A stretch of DNA of 64,000 nt from Dimorphilus gyrociliatus (GCA_904063045.1 CAJFCJ010000010.1:806001-870000), one strand, 5' to 3'; shown: positions 1 to 13,473, counted from the stretch's first letter. Numbers and translations are program-made. Notes: generated from the sequence alone by a model not told the origin.

Positions 1-568
1 TATTATATAAAGCAGCTGTGTGTTTTCTTTTTGATGAGTCTGGCTTCTGTAACGTAATACTGTCGACAGATTGGCGTTCGGCGCCTGGAAACGGATATTC
101 GAGTGAGTTACGTAAAACGATATTGGTATTCATTTATTCTTCGTTTATCGTTGATATTTTTTAAGTGTAAATAAGCCGGTTTTGGCGGCGTAACTGGCGC
201 ATCTGTTTGACGAAAGCTTGCATAACCTTACACGTTTTTTACGGTAGTTTGCGTAACTTCTGGCAGCCGGTCGGCCGTTTTGTAAGCTTTTGTAAATAAA
301 TGAACCGGAGTTGATTGTTTTCTACTTTGATTTTAGTCATAAGCATAATAAAATATACCTAATTTATTGTTGTTTACTTTTCCAACCATTCCTCTCCTTA
401 AAGCTCTTATATTCCACTAAATTCTTGTTAATAAAATGCCTTCTATTATGGCTTTTTACCACGCATTTCAGTTCCAGTAATTTATTATATTAAATCTATC
501 AAATATTTATAAATACAAAAAATAAGCCTAAACTAGTTAATAGACAAATTATTTAATATTATATTCAA

Positions 569-582
569 CTACAGATGGCGTA
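569..582 (+). promoter_or_regulatory. CTCF-like motif (CTACAGATGGCGTA)
   Basis: Matches the AG[AG]TGGCG core of the metazoan CTCF consensus; a YY1-type ATGGCG reading is also possible. Motif match only. Confidence 0.35.
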
Positions 583-2832
583 AAGTACTACTACCTGGGC
601 GTTTCGTACTTATTTAGAGTATCATTCTTGTTAATGATAAATTTTAAATTTTCTACAACGGCTCTACAGTTATAACAATCTAATCAAGCACAAGAAAAGA
701 CATGACTAAAATAGAAAAATAGTCTTTGATTGAGACGCAATTAAACCCAATTAAGAATAAATTATAAATCTATCTGATCAAACTGTTTACAACAGTTTTT
801 TAAGAGTTCAAAAGAAGCAAAAGAAAAATAGTTCTGACTCATTTGCTGCTCTTAAAAAAGCTGTTTCTTGGGAATAATAAAAAAGTTAAGCAACAAGGAC
901 ATCTATTGCCATCTATGGTACAATTGAAGAAAACATTTATTCTCCCTAATACTTAAAATATGATACATGTATCTCGTAAATTTATCAAAATAATTGTCCA
1001 TTTTTTATTTATATAAGAATAAACTGAGAAAACAGAAAATAGATCAATAGAAAATATATGTATGATTTATTCGAAAAATTGCATTATGTTTGAATAATTT
1101 CCCAAAAAAATTGGTTAGGCCTTTGAGAATCAAGTGATATTCATTTATAAAGTAAAATTTTAATGGCTAAAATTTTTATATTTATCTATTTATCTCTTCT
1201 TTGAGAGGAATAGCTGAAACCTTCCTTTTTTGAATAAACAAATACCTTTTAGTGTAAAGGTAAAAATAAAGTTAATTAAAGCGATTTTAAAAGGTATAAC
1301 TTGTAGGCTTTTTGCTAAACTACTGGTAACTTTATAACAACCTAGTGATTAAGCGATCATGTTTTACGAAAAGTAAAAGAAAGATCTCTGAAATGGACGT
1401 TTTAGCCTCATTTCAAAGTAGAATTTATATTAAAGAAGAAAATGTTATAAACAGTTTTATATAAGAATAGCATATCCCTTGATAAAAAGTTTTCATTTAT
1501 AAATGTATACATTTTATACCATATGTAGATATATGTCTATGTATATACTGTATATGTATGTGTAATTTAAAGATTTTAATAAAATTGTAGATATTTTTGA
1601 AATGTAATAATACAGCTACTAATTTACATTCTTTAATTGGTGTTATTTATCTTTTACAGTAATATACAGTCTTTCAATAGTCTACAACGCAAGGATTTTT
1701 CCATCTCCAAATATAAAAATCTAAAAAGAATCTGAAAAAGGTGAGAAAATAAGGGAAACTGAAAAAAAATCCTTATTAAAGATGAGAGTAATGTAGGAAG
1801 TTAACAGAATCGTGAACCAAAGCTAAAAAGAGAAAAAAAAATTGGTTAGTAAAAAAATTTTTATTAAGAAAGATGTTGTAAACGCCTCATAAATTCTGTA
1901 CAAATGCCGTCTTTTTTAAGGTTTGTTTTGCTGTAAAGTAAGAGAGAGAGAGAGAAAGAGAAAGAGATAGAGAAAGAAAAAAAAGCCCTTCTAGACCTTC
2001 TAAAGCCTTTTTTTCTATGATTTAACAATGGTAAACGTAATTCAAGAATTAGTTTCAATTTGCTATCTTAATTGTCTTCAATGTTGAAGGGATGTACTTC
2101 TGACATCGACGATGAAACTGGTGAAAATTATTCAACAGCAAGTTATTTATACAACTCAACATATTTAAAAAATATATAATAATAAAAAATAAATGAGAAC
2201 CTTGTTATTTTGTGTATTAAAGCAAAACAAATTGATCATATATGCCTAAATTTCTCTTTTTGACGTCTTTTCTTGCTTTCAATTACTTGTGATCTTATTT
2301 TAACTATGCAGCAGAAAGAAATGTAATTGTATGAAGCTCAAAAAAATTATATTCCGAAACGAAATATTTTATGAAATTCTATTTAAATATAGCTCTATTT
2401 CGTTCTTTCTCTCCTTTTATTTAAACATAGACAAGTTAAAGATAAATCATTTATATATTTATATAATAATATTGATTTCTAAGAGGAAAATGAATACAGA
2501 AAATATAAATTGTCTTTAGCTTTTTTAAATATTATATCATAAAAATTCAGATTAATTCCCATATATTTGATACTCAAATTAGAATTTTAAAAATAGCTAT
2601 GTATACAATATCTATAATTTATATATGTATATGTTAATGGAGAAGAAAAAAAGGAATGATAACATTTATCCGATAATTATATATTCATTTGATAATAAAA
2701 TTTGCCGGATTGCTCTCTCCAAATTTGTATTTGTAGGGTTTGCAAAGCTCTAAGAAATATTATAATAATAATTCACAATTTACTCGATTTTTGAAGCACA
2801 CCAAAATTACATTAGATAAATGATTTATATTG

Positions 2833-3258
2833 CTATTCTCGATTAGATGATGGTGTTAGTGTCTCAAAATTTCTAAGAAGTGAATTAACGGATTGTTTCT
2901 TCTTGAATGAAGCAATTAAATCCTTCATTGATACGTCATCCTTAAGCATTCCAGATCTTTTTCCATTTCTCATGTAAAGTAGGGTACAACACTGAAATGA
3001 AAGTGTTCAATAACTTAAAAATATGTCGAATAAGAAATATTCAATATTCAATATGTTTTTTTCAACTTGAATTTGAAGTGTTTAACATTAGAATCAATTT
3101 CAATATTTGTGTTACCTTTCCCCATGATGAGGTCATACAACCAAACCTTTTTGCGCAAGAACCGCAGCCACAACCTGATTGGCAGCCATTTATTAAAAAG
3201 GATGTAATTAGGAGAGTGAGGAGTAGGCCTAAAAAGGAAAAAATTGCACTAAAGTAGA
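2833..3258 (-). CDS. 3' two exons of an unidentified membrane protein (hydrophobic helix, Cys-rich segment, basic cytoplasmic tail); upstream exons not resolved
   Basis: Exon 3258-3116 (acceptor TTTTTAAAAG, donor AAG|GTAAC) joins in phase 0 to exon 2991-2833 (acceptor TTTCAG, ends TAG). The join reads ...YFSAIFSFLGLLLTLLITSFLINGCQSGCGCGSCAKRFGCMTSSWGK|CCTLLYMRNGKRSGMLKDDVSMKDLIASFKKKQSVNSLLRNFETLTPSSNRE*. The same donor/acceptor pair also allows a shorter alternative frame, so the frame is not certain. Confidence 0.45.
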
Positions 3259-6183
3259 CTTTTAAAAAGATTATTAAACAATTTTACTTTGAATAGACAC
3301 ATAAAGAAAGATACCAATACAGAGAAAAAGAAAAAGTAGAGGGAGAAGAAGCAGAAGTAGCAGAATAAGAAGAAGAGATAGAGAGAGGATGGGGAAGGGA
3401 GAAGGGAGAGAAAAAAGCAAAACAGAAAAGAAAAAGTGAAGTTGTGGAAAAAGGAACAGAAAGAAAAAGGAATAAATGAGTGTTTAATGAGTTATCATTA
3501 GAAAATTTATGTTGAATAGAGTAAAAGAGAAACTAATTGCTTTTGATCAATATCAAACAAATAAGTGGTGTTTCATAGAAGACAGATAAAGGAAATTTAT
3601 TTATAAAAGTCACAATATCTAGTCAAAAAGATTATATAAGAATATAGTAGTTTTTTTATCTATAAAACTTGAGCTAATAATAACCTTAAAGGAAGAAATT
3701 TACATATTAAACCAAAGGAAATTTTATAGTTTTCTATAATTAGTAATTTCTGCCATAATCATCAACGTTTAACTGTAGTTATAGAAGTTGTTAGATGATA
3801 ATTAATTGAATAAAAATTGATGGCAATTTTTTTCAAAGGGAGAGAATTTTTTTTTTAATAAAAAATATAGCTAATTTTAAATCTTTCTTAATATATTTCA
3901 CTTTTCGTTGTTTCATTAAACGAGGTAAAACAAAATTCCCTTTTTTTATATAGAATATAATAATCTTATAACCGGGAGATTATTGAACAAGATTATTACA
4001 AAGTAAACGATGCTTTAAAATATGACTTTATTAAGAATTGAAAGACTCTTTCATGCATTACTTGCTATGTTAGTTTCAGCTTACTGATTTATAGTTTCAT
4101 TGAGTTCTACACAATCTTTTTATTCAAGTTTAAAAGAGACAAAATGTAAGGTAGGTAAACATTTTCTCTCTGTCATTTTTCAACAAAGTTTTCCCCTCTT
4201 GAATATATTACAATCGTTAATAGAAATATATTTAAATATAAGATAGTGACGAATATATTTATAAACTATTGTTATATTTATATTACTATAATTTACTTGT
4301 ACGCAAAACGGTATATATATATATATATTTATACAGTTCTTTATTAATGCCTACAAACAAAAAACTTCCAATTTGTAGCTATTCATTAATATATTATTGT
4401 ATTTATATAAATATCTGAAATCTTAGGCAAATAATTGAGTAGCATTTATTATTAAGTTAATCATAAATTAAGTGATAAATTATTAATAGGTAAGCCTAAT
4501 ATTGTTCATTTTAAGGAAGAATCTGAGTAATTTCTTACAAAAAAAGAAGAAAAGTAAAACATAAAAATCTATCAGAATAACAAGTGAAAAGAAGCATATT
4601 GATAAAGAAGTTTCTTTACGACTGTAAATGAATTAGACATTTCAATATTTCCCATCTGGTATATAATTAATGAAGAAAAAAGTGCTTTCATGTGAATAAT
4701 GTAAATTATTTAATAGTCTTGATACTCTAGAAAAAAAATTAAACTAAAAATATATTTTCCCATATACTTTTCTAGTTTGAACATAGAGTCATTTTTTGTA
4801 AAAGTTATCCTTGAATATGCAAGTTAAAAAATTAATCCTTAAGACTTGTTGACCTTGAATAATTGAATTCCAATTAAGCAATCTATATTTCTGGATATAA
4901 ATTGAAATATAATCTCGCGGCTTTTCTCTTTTAATTAATAAAACTCCCTTAATAATTATGTTCGCTTTCATATCTTTCCTTTATCGCCATTTCATTTATT
5001 TTAATTTGTATATTTTGAATTCTCTTCCTTAAGAGACTAATGTGTTAATTTGATTACCTTTAAATTATGCTCTGTTCTACATATCCTATAAACAGTTTTT
5101 AAGAGAATATTCTCTATTCATTGCTTAAATATATTATCCACATCTTCCTTCATTCTCTAACACTATAAGATATTAATATTTATAATTATAATGTATTATT
5201 GTACATATGATGTTAAGTAGATTAATAATACTTTGTGATATATAATAAAAATTGACAGTTTCAATAGTTTATGCGTATCTAGACTTGAATTAGGTAAATA
5301 TGAAATACACAGTACTCAATATGAACAGTATATTTATAAATATATATAATTCATGTACTGCATAACACATAATATCTAGTACTCGTGAATCGTTGTTTTC
5401 TTAAGTAAAGCTTCTCTCGTATAATAATCATTTAACAGGATGGCTTTCAATGAAATTAATATGTTTCGAAAATGTACATTTCAATAAATATATCCAAATT
5501 TTACAATTAACAACATTATTTTGATATAAAATTAAGAAAACTATCAAACCTTTATATCGAAAATCATAAACTAACATGCAACCTTCCATCTCTCGAGTTC
5601 TCTGCAACTCTCTACTCCTCTACTTCATACTTTAACGACAGAGCAAACTAAATAAATTATCATTTCTTACGACTCATCTCTGTTTGCATCGCAAACATTT
5701 ATGCAAATGAGGATAGTATTCTATGTGCTACAACTATATATTTAGAATAATTTATGTTTGTTCTAGACACTTAAATTATTTTTTTTTAATTGACAAACTT
5801 TCATGTTATTATAAATTAATTGCATTAATTAGTTATGGGCACGTTGGACATCAAAGTTTTTCCTTACAAGCTTAATCAGCTAGTAATCACGTTATTGCTA
5901 AATTGGCAAGAAATATATGTGTATACTATATATATACAGCATATACTAATATATATATATATATATACATATATACATATTAATTTTAGAAGATATATTA
6001 GTAATAGTACAAAGTATAGCTTTTATTGCGATAAAAAGTTTTCTAGTATAATAGTAGAAATAGACATATAGACAGATAGAAGAGCAGATAGACACTGTGT
6101 CGTAAAGAATAAGATAGAAAAAAAAAGAAAAGAACGCAGAAGAAAAAGTGAAGACAGTGACACAGAAGTAGGCATACAGAGAT

Positions 6184-6184
<1 letters not shown>

Positions 6185-6223
<39 letters not shown>
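6185..6223 (+). repeat. (GA)n microsatellite, one of many GA/CT tracts in the window (e.g. about 39258-39280, 48185-48235, 49425-49445)
   Basis: Seen directly. It explains the spurious SLSLSL ORFs at 5946-6350 and 6023-6271. Confidence 0.85.
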
Positions 6224-6225
<2 letters not shown>

Positions 6226-9140
6226 GGAAGAGGAGGAAAACAGAGATTTTCAGCAAGGAATAGATATACAAAAATCAGCTTGCAATGGTAAGATTTACTC
6301 AATTTAAATTTTTTTTCTTCGTGGAAATCGCTATTATACAAACAACTCATAGCCAGTGCATCCTCGTGTTATTACGGATATATAACAATAAAAAACTAAT
6401 ATGCTAGGTACTTCACTCATGCTTCACACCTTGGGTACAGTATATTTTTTATTCCTTTTAACGTAACATAAATTTTTATCGCTTATTAATTATTTTTATT
6501 TTTTTGCTCTTTAATTTTCTACGCTTTTGTACACAAATAAAAATAATTTTAACACTGATTAATTGAAATTTCCTTTAAAACACATACAAATAAACGTACA
6601 TACATATTACTGTATAATACATTCAGTATAAAAGAATAACATTTTTTTAATATTCTTCTCCATTTCTACAAATATAGAAATACTTTGATTTTAGTAAACA
6701 CATTCCTCACATCACTAATTACAAGCACAACAGGTAAAAACCAGATAGGAATCTTTTTTGGAGGAAAATTTTTCCATTATAATCTACTAGAAAAATTTTC
6801 TTTCGTTGAAGATACTTTTCCTTTCTTTACCTTTAGTAAAAAGAGGAAAAAATGGCATTGTTGTAAACACAAAAAATGACTGTTCTTTTTCTATTTTCTT
6901 AATACAAAATAAATAGCTATTAAGAGTTTTTTTCAACACTATCTTCATTAATTTAATTATTAAACCTAAATAAATCACATATCTATTATGACACAAACAA
7001 TTATAGATTTATCATACTTCTATCAGGAATACCTGCATCATACGTAAGAGAGCATAAATGCGCTGTATTGTTTGACACCATAGGTATATAGATTGAGAAT
7101 AATCTTAGAAAGAAATTTATTGTTTCTTATTGAATGAATTGCAAAAACTATGCCATAATCACAGAAATCGCAGTATTCTTTAACAAAAAAGATGTATAAA
7201 ACTGGGAAACCTTAAATGCATTTCCTCAAAGTTCAAGTTCAAGATTGTTTATTTCGTGTTTCTCTACTTCCTTATTCGTTTCACTTAGCACGTTCTTAAT
7301 AATTCCCTTTGTACAAAATATTTAAACAAACATATATATAACTATATATACAGTATATATAGTATAGATATATATATATATATTTATGTATAACACTTAC
7401 TATGTATATAGCCTAGTTTCTCACTCTCTGACGTATACAGATGCCTATATACTTTATAATGTTTACATCAAACTTTAACGAACTCTTAAGGTTTAGCTAT
7501 TAGCAACATCGTTTTTTAAAGGTTATTTAATCGATAGAAGGCGAATTATCACCTATTTAAAATGCTTCTTGTCATAGTGTGTAATGTAGGAGATGAGTTA
7601 TCTTACCACTCCCTCGTCCCCTCCCTTCTTCCCACTCTACACTAAAAAAATTGTTTGTCACTAAATAGGCCTAACCTATGTGTTTGTGTGAAAAGCACAC
7701 GAGAGTCTACAGTACGGTTAGGTTTATTTAGATAAAATGTTAACCTTTTGAGTTCTCTAATTGCCTATTTTCTTTTATGATTTTCATAATTTTTTACATT
7801 AAATCAATATTTTTAGACTGAAAATGAAAGCGAGAACATCTGAAGATTTATTCGTACAATTGTTAATAATTGTGTTAAGTACTTCCTATTCGTAAAATAT
7901 TTTGATGTTATGTGACTTTATCAATAATTTTTAAGGAGTTTATTCACAATGATAATTGTCTTTATGATCAGAGTCATTCTTATCATATAGGATAAATACA
8001 TTATTTGTTCACAATTTCTTCAAAAGTGCTGTAGGTGGCTCTCAAGATCAAATCTGAATTAGTATGCTACTATTTAGAATTACTAATATAAAAATGAGAC
8101 TCATAATTACTTCTCTTAGTTTTTATCATAATAAGTGAAAATGTCATGCTCATTCGTGAACCTTATTTCCCAGAAAAATTGTCCTATTTATTGATTTCTG
8201 TAAAAGTGAGCCAAGGTAGCTAGCAACATAAAGATTTAGGGTTCATTATAAACATCTCTGTATATAGGATATTGTAAAGATCAACAAGGGATTCAAACGT
8301 GATGTAATCTTCCCGTAAGCTCTGTACATATTGTCTATATGTCAAGGCTTTACAATTTAACCTTTTTGATTTATTTTTGATCCCCAGTTTTATTTTTTTA
8401 TCCATTTCTTCCAAAAATGTATCTTTAGGAGCAATTGACTTATATAGGCCTACTTGTCTGTTATTTTCGATTTTTCGATAATGAAAATGTTTTTACCTTG
8501 TCCTCTATTGATCTATTAGGACAGAAGCGGTAGTTTGGTATATATTTATGTACTTTCTATTTTTTCCCAAACCAAGAATTGTAACTTCTAATGAAATGAA
8601 CCGAGTATTTCAAACTGTTACATATAAGTAATACAGTATATTGAATTGTTGATTATAAAAAAAGGGTATATTTAGATTGAATAAAATCTCGAATGTTATA
8701 TACTGTATTTCTATACTAAAACAATAAAAAACCGCAATAAGAAATCGAATTTGTAAATAAATTGAAGATCTATTAATTCTATAGAGTTGGATTAATAAAA
8801 GTCAAAAAGGAAAGCGTTTAATTGTTTAAAGAAACTGATTGATTTTAAATAATGTTATTCAAAATAAAACATAAATTTTGTTAAATTTTCAAAAGAAATT
8901 TGTATTATTCAAGCGAAAGTCGCCGCGTCAAATTCATAAAAATCACAATGCTTATATTGACTATTGTAAAGACAAAACCAAATCGATTGAAATATTCAAT
9001 GGAAGAAAAATAGAATTTTTAGCATATAATGCTAATGAATCACGTCACAATTTCAGTAGCGGATGAAATAAGTAAATGATGTTTGTTCCATAAAATTTTC
9101 ACTATCCTAATTAAAATCATAAGTATGTTTGATCTTTTGT

Positions 9141-10219
9141 TCATTTATTAACAAACTTATTTTTTAAATATTCATCTAATTCTTTATCAAAATTTCCGTC
9201 TAAAATTTTATTTAGATCATCCGATCCTATTACAGATTGACGTCTCATAGAGCTTAGTTTCTTTTTCATACAATCGTTTGAAATTTCCCTCTCAAGTATA
9301 AGGAGATCTTCATCGGAAATAGATTGAGAGTTGTTTAATTTGTCGACGATGCTATTTAACTTGTCATTGGATTTAATACCTGTTAAACTATTTTTTTTCT
9401 TTCCATTATTTTCTTTATCAATAATTAACGAATCTAATTGATTATCTAACAGTTTTTCAAGAGATTCAATATAAGCTTCAACTTCTTTCGGGCTTTGATC
9501 CGTTTCTCTTTGCTCCTTATACACTGGCGTCATATTCTCCTGGTCTTCAGAGGAATATCGTGGCCAAACTTCTAGCGGAGGTGCCTCATTAGACTCTTCG
9601 TCAAGACTCTCCATAGCATAGTAGTTTGCCGAATTTTCTTTTCTATTATTCTTAATTCTTTCCGCTAAAGTTAACTTTGGTAGGTCTTTAGGTTTCTTTT
9701 TCTTGTGTAATCTCCTCTTCATTTCTCTGGTAGCTTCATTCTCTTGAGTTTCGTATAGAGTGTCAAATCTTCTGTTTAAGGTAACAACCTGTTCTTCAAG
9801 AGTTGGAAATGGTGAATGTTTCCTATAAACAACACTTGTATCGCTGCCTCGTCTATCTCTGGGAATTTCGGGAAGTGTCAGAGTAGACGCTCTATCCTTT
9901 TCGGTTTCGCTCTTATGTAATTCAATTAAAGCTTTTCTAAGTAAACATTTTTGCCCCAAAGGTATCTGTATAATTAGATTAAAAAAACAACAAATAATAT
10001 TTTTTCCTTTTGAATAAAGTTCATTTAGTGCACCAAGTGCAGTCGGTACTATAGACAAAAAATCACCTTGATAAGTTCAAGAACATCTGGAGTCAAAGCC
10101 AATAGCGACTCTTTCGTATTAAATTCCTCTTCAAATAAAGTATTAGCTGTCCGTTCGGAGATCTCAGTTCTTTTACAAAATTCAAAAACAAAAAACTTGG
10201 CTCTACTTCTATTCGACAT
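9141..10219 (-). CDS. Two-exon 325-aa protein with an N-terminal SAM-like domain and a long charged, probably disordered or coiled-coil tail
   Basis: Exon 1 is 10219-10067 (ATG, 51 codons, donor AAG|GTGATT), the intron is 101 nt, and exon 2 is 9965-9141 (acceptor ATACAG, ends TAA). Splicing restores a SAM-like pattern: TANTLFEEEFNTKESLLALTPDVLELIK|IPLGQKCLLRKALIEL. The ORF-track start at 10058 lies in the intron. Confidence 0.8.
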
Positions 10220-10887
10220 CGTTCAAAGTTCGGAAAATAACTGAGACAAACATTGAATCACCGCATTATTTATACACTTGACGGTAACTCTAATCAATAT
10301 AAGGTGATCAATAATAAAAGGGAAAAACTTATGTTTTTTATCCGAATGAGTACTTATCATCTATCTTTCCCTTTTCAGACTAGTTGCCTATGATTAATAA
10401 TTAATTTTTATAAGTAATAGCGTTACTTAAATTTTTAAAATATTCTCTTATTTAGAGTACTTAACCATTTTATCGGATCATCAAGTGCTTAGCAATCGGG
10501 ATTTTGCAATAGAATCGACGTTTATAGTGATCCAATTCTTCTTTATTCTATAACAGATTTATAGCAAAGTCATATGATTGCCGTAACAACGATTGAATAC
10601 CTTAATTGGATTCATTCATTTTTTAGAGGTAAGACCACATTTAATTTATTTTATTATCATAAAGTAGTACACACACCCACACACATGTATAGTATTTACA
10701 TACTTCAGTATATCATTCATATTGATGACATACTGCATTTTTACGGTATACTCTGATATTTATTTAAAACTCAAGATGAAGGTCTATTCATCTGAACCAA
10801 AACATTTTTCAAGGTGCTAGTGACGACGGAGGATGATTGACATGAATAAACAATAATTTAACATAATGAGTATTGATATTCTCTTTC

Positions 10888-11984
10888 TTATTTTTCGAGA
10901 CCAGACGACGACAGTTCAATACTTTTGCTTGAATATCTCAAACTTTCATTATTTAAGGATTCTCTCTTCCCGCAACAAGTAAATATTTTGATGAAAAGTG
11001 TTAGATAGGCCTTTCTGAATCTATGATGAGCAGCGTAAAGAATAGGATTTAAGCTGCTATTTAAATGATAAAAAGCTGTGGCCATTAAGTAATAAGGTCT
11101 GCTCCAGCTTCTGTCTTTGTCAAACGTATAACCAGATGATAATGGAACAAGACAGATAAAGAGTACAACTGATACAATGGACAAAGTTTTAGCCAGTTGG
11201 ATTTCTTCTTTAAGTTGATTATCTTTATTGTTATTTGATATTTTACGCAAACTCTTCTTTATTGAATGAACGTATCCAAAAATCAAAACATTAAAAAGAG
11301 CAACTACCGATATAGGTATCCAAATAGAAAATATAGATATCCATAGAGAAGTAAATGTATCTGACTTTCCACTAAAGACGCATAATGAAAGAACATAATC
11401 ATAGCCAACTGAACCGCGACCAGATATATATGGTACTAAGCGCAATGAGCCATACAACCATATAAAGATAATTGCAGCTGTCGTTCCTCTTCGATTAAAA
11501 ATTCTCGGATATAATTGAGGTTTCGTTATGCACAGCCACCTGTGAAGGAAAGTACATTTCATTAATTAATTTACTATACATTATTATATACAGCTATATT
11601 CTTTACTTGCCTGTTAAATGAAATTACTGTTAAAGCTCCGGGACTGGCGCAGCAACAGAATGCACAAATCAGTCCAAAGACCTTACAGATAGCTTTCCAA
11701 TTTCCACGGGCATAGAATTCTTCGCCTCTCCACAACATCCCAGACATTGCAGTAAATTGTACTACTGTTGAAATACCAAAATCAAAAATTGCTAATTGAA
11801 CAACCAACATATTTGCAGACGACCATAGAGACCTTTGAGTCAAAACCGAAAAAATTACCAAAAGATTACCAAATGTTCCAAAAAATACTGATAAAAGTTC
11901 TATAAACCAGGAAAGGACAACCAGAGTATCTTCTCCAGATAAAGTAAGATCACTCCAAGAAAAGCTGCCATTCCCAAGCCCCAT
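10888..11984 (-). CDS. Rhodopsin-class GPCR, melatonin-receptor/Moody/Tre1-like (NRW in place of DRY), 341 aa, two exons
   Basis: Exons 11984-11611 and 11539-10888 joined in phase 2 give ISFNR|WLCITKP. Class A motifs include GNLLVI (TM1), LAIFD (TM2), NSSLNPILY (TM7) and an FRKAY helix 8. The 71-nt intron starts with GC (AG|GCAAGT) and ends CACAG. Confidence 0.88.
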
Positions 11985-12698
11985 TTTTGATAGATATACT
12001 TCTTAAAACTTTTATTAAAATCAATTAAACAGAAATAATATAATGGGCAAAATAAGGACTCTGTTCGACTGTTAAGAGGTCTATCTGCCTTATATATAGT
12101 TTCATGAATTTCCCATAATTTAATTCCATAAGAATTCTTTAAAATTAGCCAAATCAACTGTTTCTTTTAGTTTTCTTTTTAAAATTAATAAAAATAATTC
12201 TTTTTCATTAAACAAAACTAAAAATTCGCACTTGAAATAATTAAAAATAATGAATAAATCTTTTAATTGTTCTTCTTTGAATATAAAGAAACTTTTATAT
12301 CCAATTTAACTTTTTATTTTTTGAAACAAATTAGATGAATAAGAGAAATTTAAGAAAAGCAAAAGACTAGAATAGAAACAGAGAGATTCGTTGTTTAAAA
12401 ATTAAATCAAAAAAGACAAAAGAAGTTTAAGTACTCCAACTAGTTTTAATGCTAAAAAGGAATTATTAATAATTTATAAAATAATGGAAATTACTTGATC
12501 AAGTGCACTTTCCTTGATTTTTTTAATGATTTTAAAGAAATTATAATAATAGTTTAAAAGTAAATTGAATATGATATTTGCTTTTGTAAAGAATTAGGAT
12601 ATGACTGTATAGTATGAATTTTTTATTAGTAGAATTTAGTATGGTAAATCTGGTCAGAGGAAAGTAAGATGAGGTGAACAAGAAGAAGAAAAGAGGGT

Positions 12699-12722
12699 GG
12701 AGGAGGAGGAGGAGGAGGAGGG
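12699..12722 (+). repeat. (GGA)n microsatellite
   Basis: Seen directly. Confidence 0.85.
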
Positions 12723-13473
12723 AAAAAATCACTAATACTGTAACTTTATGCTTTAACCGTTAAATGTTAAATAAATAAAAATATTGAATATGCGTAGGAG
12801 AAGGTAGAAAAATTAAATAAACAGAAATTATTATAGATATATAAAAATAGAAAATGGTTAAAGTGATACACTACGCCAAAAGTTATTAATTGTTTAATAT
12901 ACCATATAAGGAAAAAAATAATGGATTGTTTTATCTTTTATTCTGAATAGTTGCTTCAAGTTTGCATATAATGCAATCTTTCTTAAATAAATATTAAAAA
13001 ATATGAAGAATTTTAGATGTTTTTCTTTTTTTATGAAAGGGGTATTTTTGTTAAAAGCGTCTAAAGTTCTTATCCAATTTCAAAAACAAGATAAGTTGCT
13101 ATAAACATCTTTTCAAAAGCTGATAAAAGAAGGAATACCTAGTTTTATAACTGATGCAACAAAAACATGTAAAAGTGGCAAACCACTCGTCTTATGAAAA
13201 AGAGAAAGTAGTATTAATGTTAAAAATATGAAAGTATAACTTTGCCTTTTCAATTTTTAAGTTTTAGATAGAAATACACTTTCCTCTAATTGGAGTCGAT
13301 AATTTCGTAATTAACCTTTAAAGGTTAAAAACATAGAGATATAAATATAGAAAAGTATGTTATTTTACATTAGCGACACGTGCAATAAATTTATTTTGTT
13401 TTTTAAATTAATAAGTTATTAATCAATTTCTTGATTTTTCGATCCTTTTATGTAAATATAATATTTATCTTCC

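Noticed and set aside
1-133. Minus-strand ATG at 133 opening a 44-codon frame that runs off the window (MNTNIVLRNSLEYPFPGAERQ...) in a GC-richer patch
   Set aside because: No recognisable homology and truncated by the window edge; it could equally be promoter or UTR.
1864-2130. Possible terminal exon (KTNLKKDGICTEFMRRLQHLS*) after a strong CT-rich acceptor, plus a nearby frame with an internal stop
   Set aside because: I could not link it in phase to any upstream exon; the acceptor is a GA microsatellite.
5682-5708. Two inverted octamer-like motifs (GTTTGCAT, ATGCAAAT)
   Set aside because: AT-rich 8-mers are expected by chance here, and no snRNA or other target gene is visible.
5835-6350. 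ORF-track ORFs of 78-134 aa
   Set aside because: They run through (TA)n and (GA)n microsatellites (IYIY, SLSL translations).
6700-7083. Two small plus-strand AG/GT-bounded segments (NTFLTSLITSTT; IPASYVREHKCAVLFDTI)
   Set aside because: Too short, with no start, stop or homology to support a gene.
8220-9066. Protein-like 62-64 aa ORFs at 8220-8414 (-) and 8878-9066 (+)
   Set aside because: No family motif recognised and no consistent splice model.
9966-10058. N-terminal 31 aa of the 305-aa ORF-track ORF
   Set aside because: Intronic; the real start is the upstream exon at 10219.
11900-12157. 85-aa minus-strand ORF overlapping the GPCR start
   Set aside because: Out-of-frame overlap with the GPCR 5' end and upstream AT-rich DNA.
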